Assembly (NCBI GenBank): GCA_963736005.1
Contig: CAVTNB010000001.1
Coordinates: forward strand, 896,001 to 960,000
Length of the DNA: 64,000 nt
Direction: 5' to 3'
Source: an uncultured Pseudomonadota bacterium
GTDB lineage: Bacteria > Vulcanimicrobiota > Vulcanimicrobiia > Eremiobacterales > Eremiobacteraceae
The notes under the pieces are model-generated. The model was not told the origin of the DNA, made no database searches, and saw only the letters and a list, made by a program, of their open reading frames with translations. Position numbers and translations under genes: made by a program. This document shows, piece after piece, positions 49,824-60,406 of this stretch. Position 1 is the first letter of the stretch; each line of letters starts with the position of its first letter.

Positions 49824-49857
49824 GCTTCTCATTCAGGCAAGGTTATGAAGCGCGAGC

Positions 49858-51003
49858 CTACGGGTGATACGAAACGCGATAGATATAGCCTAGCTGGTCG
49901 TCGCTGATGTACAGCGAGCCGTCAGGAGCCACGGCAATGCCAACTGGCCGTCCGATATACTGCCCGTTTTGTAGCCAACCCGTCACGAAGTCCGAGTAGC
50001 CGGTTGGCCGTCCGCCCGAAAATTTGACCAGCACAACCTCGGCGCCGGTTGGAACGCTGCGATTCCACGACCCGTGGAACGCGACAAAAGCATCGCCTTT
50101 GTACGTAGGTGGAAATTGAGTACCGGAGTAAAACGCGATACCCAATGGGGCAGAGTGCGCCCGGAAATTTAATGCGGTTGGAGTATCGCCAACGCAGCTG
50201 GCATTGCCGTATTCCGGGTTGGGTAGCCTGTTCGCCGCAGCTGGATTCGGATAGCACTGCGGCCATCCAAAATGATCCCCCGAGTTGACAAGGTCGAATT
50301 CATCCGGGGGGAGGTTGTCCGTGACGGCTTGCGTTGGACCGATGTTGTCGCGCTGGTTGACGACCGCCCACAGTCGGCCACTCGAGTCAAGGGCCAGGCC
50401 GGACGCATTGCGCAGACCGCTGGCGTAGACCGTGCCAGTCGAGTCCTCGGGAGCGTAACGAAGAACTGTGGCATATCGCGCATCGCTCTCGTCGCAAATA
50501 TTGCAATCCGATCCCGACGAGACATAGATCGCGCCATCCTGTGCAATGGCGAGCGCCCGCCGGTTATGGTCACCACCTTGCGGCATGTTGGAGAACAGCG
50601 TTGTGGGCGTGTTGGAAGGATATGCATACTCGACGACGCCGGACCAGGTCGCTACATACAACTTGCCATGATAAAACGCAAGACCGTGCGGAAGGGAAAG
50701 GCCGCTTGCAAAAACTTGCGGTGTCGCGTCGAGCGCCGCGCCGTGCGGAATGACGACGACGGTTCCACGGTAGGTTTCTGAGACGAGGAGATCACCGTTT
50801 GGTGCAAACGCCATAAAGCGAGCGCCGGGCACGCGCTTGGAAACATAGGTAACGGTAAAGCCAGGAGGTGCGCTCAAGAAGTTGGGGCTTACGCCTGCCG
50901 TCATTGCAACCACATTTGGGCTGCTTGCACAGCTCATTGCAGCGAGAGCAATCAACAGGCACGCAACCAGTCCGTCGGGTGTCACCTGTTGCGCTGCGTT
51001 CAC
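49858..51003 (-). CDS. PQQ-dependent sugar/sorbosone dehydrogenase family protein
   Basis: GSDCNIC, GLRN, HSAPLG, HGSWNR, GRPVG, DGSLYISDD. Confidence 0.9.
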   Translation of the reverse strand: MNAAQQVTPDGLVACLLIALAAMSCASSPNVVAMTAGVSPNFLSAPPGFTVTYVSKRVPGARFMAFAPNGDLLVSETYRGTVVVIPHGAALDATPQVFASGLSLPHGLAFYHGKLYVATWSGVVEYAYPSNTPTTLFSNMPQGGDHNRRALAIAQDGAIYVSSGSDCNICDESDARYATVLRYAPEDSTGTVYASGLRNASGLALDSSGRLWAVVNQRDNIGPTQAVTDNLPPDEFDLVNSGDHFGWPQCYPNPAAANRLPNPEYGNASCVGDTPTALNFRAHSAPLGIAFYSGTQFPPTYKGDAFVAFHGSWNRSVPTGAEVVLVKFSGGRPTGYSDFVTGWLQNGQYIGRPVGIAVAPDGSLYISDDQLGYIYRVSYHP

Positions 51004-51041
51004 ACGCTGATTCTTATGCGAGGCGAAGTTGGCAGCCTTTA

Positions 51042-51068
51042 GGGGCGATTTGCGAATCGCCCCCCTAC
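51042..51068 (-). repeat. REP class A
   Basis: ggggcgatttgcgaatcgcccccctac, 5 nt after upstream stop. Confidence 0.88.
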
Positions 51069-51073
51069 AAAAA

Positions 51074-51496
51074 CTATTTTGGGGTGAGGAGCGTTTTTAA
51101 GAATTCTTCGCCCGCGGTGTTCGCACCGATCGTGCGTTGACCGACATTGCTGTTGCCGGCCGTTCCCGGTTTTGGTTTGTACCGGCGCAGCAGCGACGAG
51201 CCTGCCTTATAGGAGGCGTCGATGAGGTCTTCTTGTGCCTGCGAGTTTCGAGCCGCAAGGTATCCCATGGCCACGCCCAAGATGATGCCCAGAGTCTGGA
51301 TCACAACGTACACGCCGTCGTGCACGTTTGGAGTGCGCGAGTTTGCGTACACAAACAGACCACAGACTCCGCCCAAAACTGTGCCCACGAAAAGTCCGAA
51401 CGCGATCGTTACGCCGGTCCGAAAAAGCCTCAGACGCGCGTCAAAATCGCTTTCCTGATTTTCGCCTAGTTGCCCGTGCACCCGGCTGGTAAGCAT
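51074..51496 (-). CDS. Two-TM membrane protein
   Basis: Two hydrophobic helices; GGGGAG RBS. Confidence 0.7.
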   Translation of the reverse strand: MLTSRVHGQLGENQESDFDARLRLFRTGVTIAFGLFVGTVLGGVCGLFVYANSRTPNVHDGVYVVIQTLGIILGVAMGYLAARNSQAQEDLIDASYKAGSSLLRRYKPKPGTAGNSNVGQRTIGANTAGEEFLKTLLTPK

Positions 51497-51658
51497 GAGA
51501 ACTCCCCCACGTCAAGAGTAGGAAATCTACTAAAGTAATCGGCGTCGGGCGCTGTGGCACCCCTGCCAGCCTTGCGATGTGACAATCCTCACCTCAATTC
51601 GTCTCGGTCTGGGCCGGAGGGCAAGGACGAGCAGTGCGGGCGCGATAAGCATCGGCAT

Positions 51659-52804
51659 ATGATACATTCCGAACGCATGACCGACACGGTCTTAGATTTG
51701 TTGCGGCTGGACAGTCATTCAAGAGAGGAAAAATCTGTCGCCGAATACCTCGTCCGCTGCCTCCAAGAGCTGGGCTGTGAGGTCCGGGTGGACGAAGCCG
51801 GGACGCCGGTGCGGGCAAACACCGGCAATGTCGTCGCGTATCTCGCTCCAAGCTCATCAACTGCTCCGCCCTTACTTCTCTCGGCTCACATGGACGTGGT
51901 GCCTCCCGGCACGGGGGTGAAGCCCGTCCGCGAAACCGATCGGATTCGCTCTGACGGAACCACGATTCTAGGCGGCGACGACAAAAGCGGCCTCGCGATC
52001 ATCCTGGAAGTGTTGCGCTCGTTGCGCGACCGAAACGTCGCGCACGGATCCATTGAGATCGCCTTTACGATCTGTGAAGAGATTGGTCTACTTGGGGCAA
52101 AGAATCTGGACTACTCGCGGCTGCGTTCCAAGGAAGCGATCGTCCTCGATTCGTCCTATGCAACGCAGCTCGTCACCCAGGCGCCCTCAGCCGACCGATA
52201 TGTGTTCAGCGTGCATGGGCTCGAAGCACATGCCGGCGTGTGTCCGGAAAACGGCATCTCGGCAGTGCGCGTCGCCGCCGAAGCGATAGCCGCCATGCCC
52301 CTCGGTCGAATCGATGCAAGGACGACCTCAAATGTCGTTATCGCCGGCGGACCGACTGCGACGAATGTTGTGCCGAATCTGTGCATTGTGCGCGGCGAAG
52401 CTCGGGCGTTGGACGATGCGCGGCTTGACGAGGTCATGCGGCAAATCCGTGGCGCCTTTGACGACGCAGCGCAGCGCGCCAAGATAACGCTCAATGGGGA
52501 TGTGCACCGCGCTTGGATCGAAGAACAATGCTCGCGCGAATATCACAGCTTCGAAATCCGAAATGACGCGTCGATCGTGAAACTTGTCCAACATGCGGCT
52601 CGGACGCATGGGACCTCCGTCGAAACGGTGACCATCGGCGGTGGATCCGACGCAAATGTCTTCAACCGCCACGGCATTGTCAGCGTGAATCTTGGTACGG
52701 GGATGCGTGACATTCACACAGTGAAGGAGTGGATCGACCTGGAAGACTTCTATCGCTCCGCCGAAATCGTTCTCGAGTGCATCAAGGTGCGCGCCGCAGC
52801 GTAG
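51659..52804 (+). CDS. M20 family metallopeptidase (peptidase T-like)
   Basis: AHMD, LGGDDKSG, CEEIG, GGGSDAN, IHT; start uncertain. Confidence 0.92.
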   Translation: MIHSERMTDTVLDLLRLDSHSREEKSVAEYLVRCLQELGCEVRVDEAGTPVRANTGNVVAYLAPSSSTAPPLLLSAHMDVVPPGTGVKPVRETDRIRSDGTTILGGDDKSGLAIILEVLRSLRDRNVAHGSIEIAFTICEEIGLLGAKNLDYSRLRSKEAIVLDSSYATQLVTQAPSADRYVFSVHGLEAHAGVCPENGISAVRVAAEAIAAMPLGRIDARTTSNVVIAGGPTATNVVPNLCIVRGEARALDDARLDEVMRQIRGAFDDAAQRAKITLNGDVHRAWIEEQCSREYHSFEIRNDASIVKLVQHAARTHGTSVETVTIGGGSDANVFNRHGIVSVNLGTGMRDIHTVKEWIDLEDFYRSAEIVLECIKVRAAA

Positions 52805-52819
52805 GCCAAGGCTAGATCC

Positions 52820-53557
52820 ATGCGGCCTACTTGGAGTCATCCTTCGGCTCGCGGCGCGGACACACCGGCCGTTTACGCGCTGTTGGCGGCCATGGGTATT
52901 GTCTTCATCATCGATTGGATCGCGCGCGGCGCGATTAGCCAATGGTTGCTGTGGCCGATTTCCAGCCTTTGGCTCAAATCGCTCGAGTTGTGGCGCCCAT
53001 TCACATTCCCATTCGCTCACATGTCGAACTTTTTGTATATTCTCACCGATGCGCTCGTGCTGTATTTCTTTGGAGGATCGCTGGAACGCGCCTGGGGGAG
53101 CGGTAGGTTCTTGTTCTTCTTCTTTGCCGTTGGCATCGTCGCCGGCCTCGTCGAGCTCGCCATCTCCCCCTGGACGGGCGGCACGATGTTTTTCGGCATG
53201 ATCGGTGGCTTCGTGGGGATGGTAGTGGCGTTTGCGGCGCTGAATCCCTATCAAACGGTCTTGCTTTTTATCTTCCCATTGCAAGCTCGATGGCTCGCCG
53301 TGCTCTCTATTGCGTACGAGCTGTTCGCCCGCACCCCCATCTATGGTGGTCCTTTTGAAGCGATTCTTGCCGTTGGCGCAACGGTTAGCTTTGCGTATCT
53401 TTTTGCGGTGACGAGGATCTCTCTGCGCCTACCATCCGGAGGTCCGACGTTGCGCGAGCGTCTCGAACGTTGGCAGCAACGCCGGCGCATGCGGCAGTGG
53501 CAGCGCCGTGTGTCACGCGCCGAGCGACCAGAGGATTTGTTTAAGGATAAGAAATGA
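52820..53557 (+). CDS. Rhomboid-like membrane protein, probably catalytically inactive
   Basis: WRPFT, FFGGSLERAWG; GMIG in place of GxSG. Confidence 0.75.
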   Translation: MRPTWSHPSARGADTPAVYALLAAMGIVFIIDWIARGAISQWLLWPISSLWLKSLELWRPFTFPFAHMSNFLYILTDALVLYFFGGSLERAWGSGRFLFFFFAVGIVAGLVELAISPWTGGTMFFGMIGGFVGMVVAFAALNPYQTVLLFIFPLQARWLAVLSIAYELFARTPIYGGPFEAILAVGATVSFAYLFAVTRISLRLPSGGPTLRERLERWQQRRRMRQWQRRVSRAERPEDLFKDKK

Positions 53558-53561
53558 TGGC

Positions 53562-54515
53562 CTAGCGGCCGGTGCGGACGATTTCTTCTAGCTTGGCTCT
53601 ATCCAATTTTACCACGCGGCCCCGCCGCAGCTCGAGCGCGCCCATGTCTTCCAAATGCGAAAGCGCGCGACTGCCCATATCGCGGACTGTGCCGACGCGC
53701 GCGGCGAGATCCGATTGTGTGATGCGCTCCACGCCGCTTTCACCACCCGCCATACCTTCCTTGGAGGAGGCATAGTCCAGCAGCACGCGGGCGATCCGAG
53801 TAAGCACTCGTCCGAAGGCGAGATTGCCGGCTGCCCCGCTCAGACGGCGCTGTCGTTGCGCGAAAAATCGCGCCGCGCCCAAAGCTATCTCAGGGCTACG
53901 CTGCACCAAGCCACGCACGAATTGAGCAGGCAACTCAACAATCTCCACTTCACCGCGCGCTATCACCGTTGCTTCGGCGGTGCCTTCATCGAACACCGAC
54001 GATTCGTTGAACATGCTGTAGGGCGAAACGTCATAGAGAACGATCTCCCGGCCTTCGTCGGCGGCCCGGGTCACTTCAACAACGCCGCGCCGAACGATGG
54101 CAAGCGTCGGCCAGTTTGTGCCTTCTGCAACGATCACCATACGATCGTGATAGTTGCGTTCTTTCGCAGAGCGGTCGACTTCGCGCAAGAGGTCGACTGG
54201 CGCGTGGCGGAACATGCGGACTTGGCGTAGGAACGCGATGCGAGGCGTGTCGCCCTGCATGGCCGGATCTGGGAGTCTCGTGACGCGAATGATCCAGCGA
54301 CTATCACCCGCGTTGCGAATATCCCATAGGACAAGCCCTTCGCGTTCTGCCTCTAGATGCGTGCGGAGCGCTTTCGGTTCAAAGTCGTTGGTGAATTCAG
54401 CAGCTTGACCCGGACCGAGGCGGTCAAAGGAGGCCAGCACGCGATCGTGTCGCTGCCAAGAGGGAAGTTCGCGCAGGTCGACGCGCTCGACTGGCTGAGT
54501 AGAGGCTTCGGACAT
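53562..54515 (-). CDS. Crp/Fnr regulator with N-terminal DUF2249-like domain
   Basis: VDLRELP...RH...NDFEP; cNMP-fold region; ITQSDLAARVGTVR HTH. Confidence 0.85.
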   Translation of the reverse strand: MSEASTQPVERVDLRELPSWQRHDRVLASFDRLGPGQAAEFTNDFEPKALRTHLEAEREGLVLWDIRNAGDSRWIIRVTRLPDPAMQGDTPRIAFLRQVRMFRHAPVDLLREVDRSAKERNYHDRMVIVAEGTNWPTLAIVRRGVVEVTRAADEGREIVLYDVSPYSMFNESSVFDEGTAEATVIARGEVEIVELPAQFVRGLVQRSPEIALGAARFFAQRQRRLSGAAGNLAFGRVLTRIARVLLDYASSKEGMAGGESGVERITQSDLAARVGTVRDMGSRALSHLEDMGALELRRGRVVKLDRAKLEEIVRTGR

Positions 54516-54535
54516 CGCGGGGTTTGGTTCGAGGC

Positions 54536-56626
54536 TTACCAGTCAAACGCCTGGATTGCGGCCCAAGCATCGGGCCGAGTGCCGGCCCAGTCGAAGAAAG
54601 TTTCACCGATCGCACCGACAGACTTTGCACCGCCCAGCGACCATAGGATTTCTCGTCCGGATGGCGCTCCCGTGCCTTCCAGATCGACGCTTTGGCCCGC
54701 GACATCAACAGGGATGTCTCGTCCAGCTAGTTCGCGCGTGCGCGCTACGGCGCCGACGGCAGCTCCCGCCACTTCGCTGCGCGCGTACTCGTGGTGAACC
54801 GCCTCATCGAAATAATGCCAGTACTCCATGGGTTGCAGCACGTCGGCATATCTGGCGATGCGTGCGTAGGGGTAATCATCGTTCGTAAAGCCCATTCGCG
54901 GAGAAGCGACGGTGGCCACGATGAGGTAGTGCGGGCCGGCAGCCAAGCGGACGTCGCGAATATATTCGACCATGCTTTCGCGAGCGCTTGATCCGTCGCC
55001 CATATAATTGTCGCCGGTTTCGAGATCGAGCGCCAAGCCTTCGAAGCCGTTGCCACTTGGGGTCGTATAGGCCGCCGCGGCAATCGTCTCCGCGAGGTCC
55101 TGCGTGGAGGCCCGGCGCGGTACGGTCCATGCAAGGAGCTTGATATTCGCAGCCGTTGCCGAGTCAATCAGCCGATCGAGCCACGCGTGTGCTTCTTCGG
55201 TCTGAGCCATCGTGCACGCTCCGCGAGCCATGCGCAGTTCGATCACGTGAATGCCTGCGCGTTGTGCCTCAGCAACGACATCAGCGGGATCGTAGTGGTG
55301 AAAGTTTCGTGGATCGCCTACTAAAGAGGAGAAATAAAGAAACATCCCTTTGCCGCCAACATCGCTCGCGGCTGCTCCAGACAGCGCCGCAGGGGTGTTG
55401 ATAGCGGGCGTACTCGCCTGAATGGATTCGTTCGTCGTCTCCGCCACAACGGTATATCGGTAGTGCGAATCTGGAGCAACGTCTGTGTCGTGGAGCGTGT
55501 GCTCCGAGGCAGGCAGAGTCGCGATGAGAGCGGGTCGTTCGCCCTCATCGGTCGAGCGGAAAACTTCGTAACCGCTGACGTCCGCTGCTGCAGCCAATGG
55601 GGTCCAACCCACGTTGACGAGGTGTGGCCCGACCGGAGCTGCCGTGGCGTCGAACGCCTCGGCGCTCGCGTCAGGCGCCTCCAAGGTCTTCGTGAGCGTT
55701 TGATCTGGTGAAGAGATCGTAACGATCACGGGGCGCGCCCAGCCGATGGTCACCGTCGCCGCATCGCTCGCAACCGATGAGTGCTCGAGTTCGATCAATT
55801 GTCCGGTCGAGGTTGAAAAGGTCACATCACTCATCGATGCCGGGGCGTGCACGACGGCGACCCACGTGCCATCCGGGCTGATGGTCCACGGAGAGGAGGG
55901 CTGCTTCGCGACCACTGCTGGCATCGTGGATTGCGGCGGCGCAGCGTGCTTCGCTGACAGCGGTTTTTGTGGCGGCGAGCTGACGCCGAACACGGCTTCC
56001 AAAACGGAGGCGACGAAACGGCTGGTCACGATTGGTTTCGTCGAACGTGGTCGCGAATAAATTCGCGACACTACATTTGGGGTTAGGGGTCGCGAATAAA
56101 TTCGCGACACTACATTTGGCGGTCGCGAAGAAATTCGCGACACTACATGTGGTGGTCGCGAATATATTTGCAATGCGACGGTTGGTTTTGGTAGTCGCGA
56201 ATAAATTCGCGACACTACATTTGGGGTCAGCGGTCGCGAATAAATTCGCGACACTACATGTGGGTGGGCGTGATTGGCAATCGCGAATGTCTTGGCGGTC
56301 CGTTGCTCCAAAAAGTTCGAGCTCATCGCCACAAACAAGGGTAGGAGGAAGGCGATCGCGATCGTCCCCAAGATCGCTCGCGATAATGGCGCAGACGGCT
56401 CCGGCTTAGGAATCTCGACATATTCTTGTCGACGGCGCTGGAGCGTCGATGATGAGAGACCGTTCGATCGAAGCCTGCCTCGAGCGGCAGCCAGTCGCGA
56501 ATTTTCAAGCCGCCGGCGGCGGTCGACGGCTTCAAAAAGTTGGGCGTATTTCTGCTGGCGCTTCTTGAGCGCGTTCAACCGAAGCGTCTTCTTGCGCTGG
56601 CTACCGGATTGCGCTCGCTTGGTCAT
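54536..56626 (-). CDS. Membrane-anchored protein: TM + REP-derived repeat linker + FN3 + glycoside-hydrolase-like barrel
   Basis: TM AILGTIAIAFLLPLFVAM; GYEVFRS..DTDV..YRYTV FN3; LALDLE, QPMEYW; start uncertain (ORF extends to 56674). Confidence 0.75.
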   Translation of the reverse strand: MTKRAQSGSQRKKTLRLNALKKRQQKYAQLFEAVDRRRRLENSRLAAARGRLRSNGLSSSTLQRRRQEYVEIPKPEPSAPLSRAILGTIAIAFLLPLFVAMSSNFLEQRTAKTFAIANHAHPHVVSRIYSRPLTPNVVSRIYSRLPKPTVALQIYSRPPHVVSRISSRPPNVVSRIYSRPLTPNVVSRIYSRPRSTKPIVTSRFVASVLEAVFGVSSPPQKPLSAKHAAPPQSTMPAVVAKQPSSPWTISPDGTWVAVVHAPASMSDVTFSTSTGQLIELEHSSVASDAATVTIGWARPVIVTISSPDQTLTKTLEAPDASAEAFDATAAPVGPHLVNVGWTPLAAAADVSGYEVFRSTDEGERPALIATLPASEHTLHDTDVAPDSHYRYTVVAETTNESIQASTPAINTPAALSGAAASDVGGKGMFLYFSSLVGDPRNFHHYDPADVVAEAQRAGIHVIELRMARGACTMAQTEEAHAWLDRLIDSATAANIKLLAWTVPRRASTQDLAETIAAAAYTTPSGNGFEGLALDLETGDNYMGDGSSARESMVEYIRDVRLAAGPHYLIVATVASPRMGFTNDDYPYARIARYADVLQPMEYWHYFDEAVHHEYARSEVAGAAVGAVARTRELAGRDIPVDVAGQSVDLEGTGAPSGREILWSLGGAKSVGAIGETFFDWAGTRPDAWAAIQAFDW
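56050..56259 (-). repeat. Six-unit class C REP array inside a CDS
   Basis: gtcgcgaataaattcgcgacactacat-type units at 56050, 56089, 56122, 56155 (degenerate), 56194, 56233. Confidence 0.93.
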
Positions 56627-56942
56627 ATGTGCAACGGCCGCTTTAGAAACGAGAGAAAAAACTCGGCCGCACACGAGGCGCTGCCGGTTACTCTCTTTTC
56701 ATCGGCGGTAGCGCGGGGCGGGTGCAGTCGAACCGGAGGGCTTTATGTTAGAGGGCCACAGTTAAAGGTAGCGTGGGTGTTTCCTATTGACGACGCCCCG
56801 TAAGTGAGCACGCTCATAACGCGCAGGTCCACCAGGGTAAGGATTGGGCAAAGCGACGAGGGAGATTAACGGTCGATAAAAGCCGCACGCCTGGGACTTC
56901 TCTGGGAATGAATCGAGCGCAGGGCGCGTATACTATAGTGAT

Positions 56943-57665
56943 ATGCCCCCACTGCTCAAACCTTTCGCCGTAGCCTCCGTCGCCTGTTTGGTGCTCGTTG
57001 CCGTTGGGCTTGGTAGCTTTGCCGTGCCGTCCACGGCATCGAACGCCCGGACGAAGTCGACAGCGTCCGTTACCCAAACGAGCAATGTCGACAGCATCAT
57101 CGATCTCGTGCTGCATCGCAATCCAGATATCCGCTCGTACGAAGCACACACAGTTTTGGACATCCGACAGGTCAACTTCCCATACTTGCATCCGGTGCTC
57201 GACGGGCACGTCTATTACACGTGGCCCGGATATACCGTGTACGATTTCCCCCACACACCCGGATACTTAAAAGGAATAACCCGGCTCGAGGGCGCGATGG
57301 GCATGGCAAGCCGCTGGCGCCAATGCTACGACATCACGATCGAGCGCCAGCCTGAGGCATACGTGTTGCACATGGTGCCGAAGATTCTCGGCGAAGTTTC
57401 CGAAATGGACGTGACGGTCAACAAGAAAAGCGGCGACCTCGAACATTTCAACTGGTCGTATCGTGATTCCACAGACAGCATTTCGTTGACCCAGTATTAC
57501 AGCATGGTGAATGGCTACGACGTTGTCACGCTCCAAGAATCCGATATCACACGTCATCATATTCGCGCGAAAGCGCGGGGGACGTTCGACTCATTTCAAT
57601 ATAACGTTCCGGTACCGATGCCCACTGCGACGCCTTCCGATCCGCTCCATCAATGCGACAATTAG
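56943..57665 (+). CDS. Secreted hypothetical protein (possible LolA-like fold)
   Basis: Signal peptide; beta-rich mature region. Confidence 0.7.
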   Translation: MPPLLKPFAVASVACLVLVAVGLGSFAVPSTASNARTKSTASVTQTSNVDSIIDLVLHRNPDIRSYEAHTVLDIRQVNFPYLHPVLDGHVYYTWPGYTVYDFPHTPGYLKGITRLEGAMGMASRWRQCYDITIERQPEAYVLHMVPKILGEVSEMDVTVNKKSGDLEHFNWSYRDSTDSISLTQYYSMVNGYDVVTLQESDITRHHIRAKARGTFDSFQYNVPVPMPTATPSDPLHQCDN

Positions 57666-57711
57666 CGATCGCCTAAAGGTTGGCGCCGCGCGGGTCGATA
57701 AGCCGCCTTCT

Positions 57712-58272
57712 ATGATGGACATCCGCGAAGGCTTTGTTATTTGGTTCACCGGCCTCTCTGGGGCTGGCAAGACGACGCTCGCTCGACTCCTCGATCCGCA
57801 GTTGCGAGCCGCTGGGTTAAAGGTCGAAATGCTCGACGGCGACGTCGTTCGCACGAATCTTTCCAAGGGTCTGGGCTTCTCCCGTGAAGACCGTGACACA
57901 AACATTCGGCGCATCGGTTTTGTGGCGAACTTACTCGCCCGCAACGGCGTTGCGGTGATCTGTTCGGCGATCTCTCCCTATCGCAGCGCACGCGACGAGG
58001 TTCGCCAGCTGGTCGGCGCCGGGCGGTTCATTGAAGTGTTTGCCGATTGCCCGCTCGACGTGTGCGCGACCCGCGACGGCAAAGTAGAAATGTACGCCAA
58101 GGCACGAGCGGGCGAACTGAAAGAGTTCACAGGCGTTTCGGATCCCTACGAACCCCCGCTCCATCCCGAGATTCACTTGCGCACCGAAGACGAAACACCA
58201 CACGAGAGCGCGCAAAGGATCCTCGCCTATCTGGCTTCGGAGGCCCTGCTTCCATCTAATGTCGCCCGCTAG
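57712..58272 (+). CDS. cysC: Adenylyl-sulfate kinase
   Basis: [32 protein letters not shown]. Confidence 0.96.
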   Translation: MMDIREGFVIWFTGLSGAGKTTLARLLDPQLRAAGLKVEMLDGDVVRTNLSKGLGFSREDRDTNIRRIGFVANLLARNGVAVICSAISPYRSARDEVRQLVGAGRFIEVFADCPLDVCATRDGKVEMYAKARAGELKEFTGVSDPYEPPLHPEIHLRTEDETPHESAQRILAYLASEALLPSNVAR

Positions 58273-59419
58273 GCTGAATCCACCCTATGGTGGTCGGCTG
58301 TCGGATCGCGAGTTGCGGGGCGTCGCACTCGAGCGCGCGCGAGAAGAAGCAACTGGCCTGCCGCGCATCCGCTTAAGCGACCGGTCAATCTGCGATGTCG
58401 TGTGCTTGGGCACGGGCGTGTACTCGCCACTCGATGGCTTCATGGGTAAGGACGACTATCGCGCCATTTTAGAGTCCATGCACTTGGCAAGTGGTCTTAT
58501 ATGGCCTATTCCTATTACGCTCCCAGTGGGCGATGAGGAACTCTCCGCTCTGCGCGGTACGTCGAAAGCCGCACTCATGGCCGGCGATACAATACTTGCG
58601 ACGATCGAGATTGGCGAAACGTTTCCTGCCCAGATCGAGCGCGAAGCGATGGCAGTCTATCGAACCTCCGATGTCGCGCATCCCGGCGTTGCTCTCATCG
58701 CGAACGCTCCCAAGACCTTGCTCTCAGGCGCGGTCAATCTACTCAGCGCGCCGGATTTTGGATTTCCGGCGGAGTATCGCACGCCTTCGGCGACGCGCGT
58801 CCTTTTCGAATCGCTCGGCTGGAAGACCGTCGTTGGTTTTCAGACCCGCAATCCGGTGCACCGCGCCCACGAATATCTGCAAAAGGTGGCGATGGAAATC
58901 GTCGATGGGTTGATGCTGCACCCGCTCGTGGGTCTCACCAAAGACGACGATATCCCGGCGGTGGTTCGCATGGCGTGTTATCGCACCTTGCTCGAGAAAT
59001 ACTATCCGCCCAAGCGCGCGATGCTGTCAATTTTTCCTGCTGCCATGCGTTATGCTGGACCCCGCGAGGCAGTGCTGCATGCAATCGCGCGTAAGAATTA
59101 CGGTTGCAGCCATTTTATCGTGGGCCGTGACCATGCGGGCGTCGGATCCTACTATGGTTCGTTCGACGCTCAACAAATCTTCGACGACATCGAGGGAGAG
59201 CTCGGCATCGTTATTTTGCGGTTCGACAACGCGTCGTGGTGCAATGCGTGCGAATCGATGGTGACGGACAAGACCTGCCCGCACGGGGCAAAAGATCGCG
59301 TCAGCTTGTCAGGCACCAAAGTTCGCGAAATGCTGCGAGCGGGAGAGCGGCCCCCGCAAGAGTTCTCGCGACCCGAGGTCGCTGATATTCTCATCGAGGC
59401 TATGGCGCAGGCGAAGTGA
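58259..59419 (+). CDS. sat: Sulfate adenylyltransferase
   Basis: [33 protein letters not shown]. Confidence 0.96.
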   Translation: MSPARLNPPYGGRLSDRELRGVALERAREEATGLPRIRLSDRSICDVVCLGTGVYSPLDGFMGKDDYRAILESMHLASGLIWPIPITLPVGDEELSALRGTSKAALMAGDTILATIEIGETFPAQIEREAMAVYRTSDVAHPGVALIANAPKTLLSGAVNLLSAPDFGFPAEYRTPSATRVLFESLGWKTVVGFQTRNPVHRAHEYLQKVAMEIVDGLMLHPLVGLTKDDDIPAVVRMACYRTLLEKYYPPKRAMLSIFPAAMRYAGPREAVLHAIARKNYGCSHFIVGRDHAGVGSYYGSFDAQQIFDDIEGELGIVILRFDNASWCNACESMVTDKTCPHGAKDRVSLSGTKVREMLRAGERPPQEFSRPEVADILIEAMAQAK

Positions 59420-60357
59420 CCGCCAAGGTTCAGTTTCCTGACGAGCACGCAGACGGCGAGTTCGTCCGCCAAGAGGATGCCTTTCGCGGCTGGGTCTTGG
59501 CAAAGCCCGGCGCCCAATATCCAGTTGAAGCCGGGCGCTATCATCTGTATGTCTCCTATGCCTGTCCCTGGGCTCACCGCACGATCATCGTTCGGATGCT
59601 GCGCGGCCTTGAAGCTGCCGTTGGCATGACCGTGGTCGACCCGATCCGTGACGATCGAGGCTGGGCGTTCACTGGGGGACCCGGCCACACCAAGGACCCA
59701 ATCAATGGTTTCGCTTTCTTGAGCGAGGCGTATTTTGCAACCGATCCCGGGTATCGCGGTCGCGTGACCGTGCCCGTGCTCTGGGACAAGAAAACAAAGC
59801 GCATTGTGAGCAATTCCGACGACGACATCATGCGCATGTTCGAAACCGAGTTTGACGGCCTCGCAACAAACCAGCTCGACCTTTATCCCGGAGAGCACCG
59901 GGGCGAAATCGACGACCTCAACGAGCTCATATATCAGACGGTAAACAACGGCGTGTACCGGGCCGGGTTTGCAAGCACCCAGAAGGCGTATGAGAGAGCA
60001 GCTTACCGGGTGTTTGAAACGCTCGATATGCTGGAGGCACGCTTGGCCAAGCGTCGCTACCTCATTGGCAAGATTCCTTTGGAAACTGATTGGCGGCTGT
60101 TTGTGACGCTCGTGCGCTTCGATCCCGTGTACTTCGGGCATTTCAAATGCAACCTACGGGAGATCGCGCAGTATCCGAATCTGTTTGGCTATCTCAGGGA
60201 TCTGTATCAAATTCCCGGCATCGCCGAAACCGTGAACTTCGACCACATCAAGCGACACTACTACGTGACGCACACAGACATCAATCCGAGTGGGATCGTG
60301 CCCATCGGTCCGACGCAAGACCTTCGTGCTCCGCACGGCAGGGAAAGATTGACGTAG
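59416..60357 (+). CDS. Glutathionyl-hydroquinone reductase (YqjG-like GST)
   Basis: ACPWAHR, TVPVLWDKK, NNGVYRAGFA, HIKRHYY. Confidence 0.93.
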   Translation: MTAKVQFPDEHADGEFVRQEDAFRGWVLAKPGAQYPVEAGRYHLYVSYACPWAHRTIIVRMLRGLEAAVGMTVVDPIRDDRGWAFTGGPGHTKDPINGFAFLSEAYFATDPGYRGRVTVPVLWDKKTKRIVSNSDDDIMRMFETEFDGLATNQLDLYPGEHRGEIDDLNELIYQTVNNGVYRAGFASTQKAYERAAYRVFETLDMLEARLAKRRYLIGKIPLETDWRLFVTLVRFDPVYFGHFKCNLREIAQYPNLFGYLRDLYQIPGIAETVNFDHIKRHYYVTHTDINPSGIVPIGPTQDLRAPHGRERLT

Positions 60358-60362
60358 GAATC

Positions 60363-60387
60363 GGGCGACGTTGCCGTCGCCCGCTAC
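60363..60387 (-). repeat. REP class B variant
   Basis: gggcgacgttgccgtcgcccgctac with compensatory G-C pair. Confidence 0.85.
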
Positions 60388-60406
60388 CTTTGTTATCGCG
60401 TGTGGG

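Noticed and set aside
56050..56259. CRISPR array
   Set aside because: Inter-repeat segments are only 6-12 bp and partly alike, no cas genes are present, the array lies in-frame in a CDS, and the repeat type is dispersed elsewhere as a REP
56032..56409. 125-aa + strand ORF with VANKFATLH repeats
   Set aside because: Antisense reading of the palindromic array inside the larger minus-strand gene
56675..56942. Possible riboswitch in a long intergenic region
   Set aside because: No recognisable c-di-AMP, c-di-GMP or other aptamer motifs by eye
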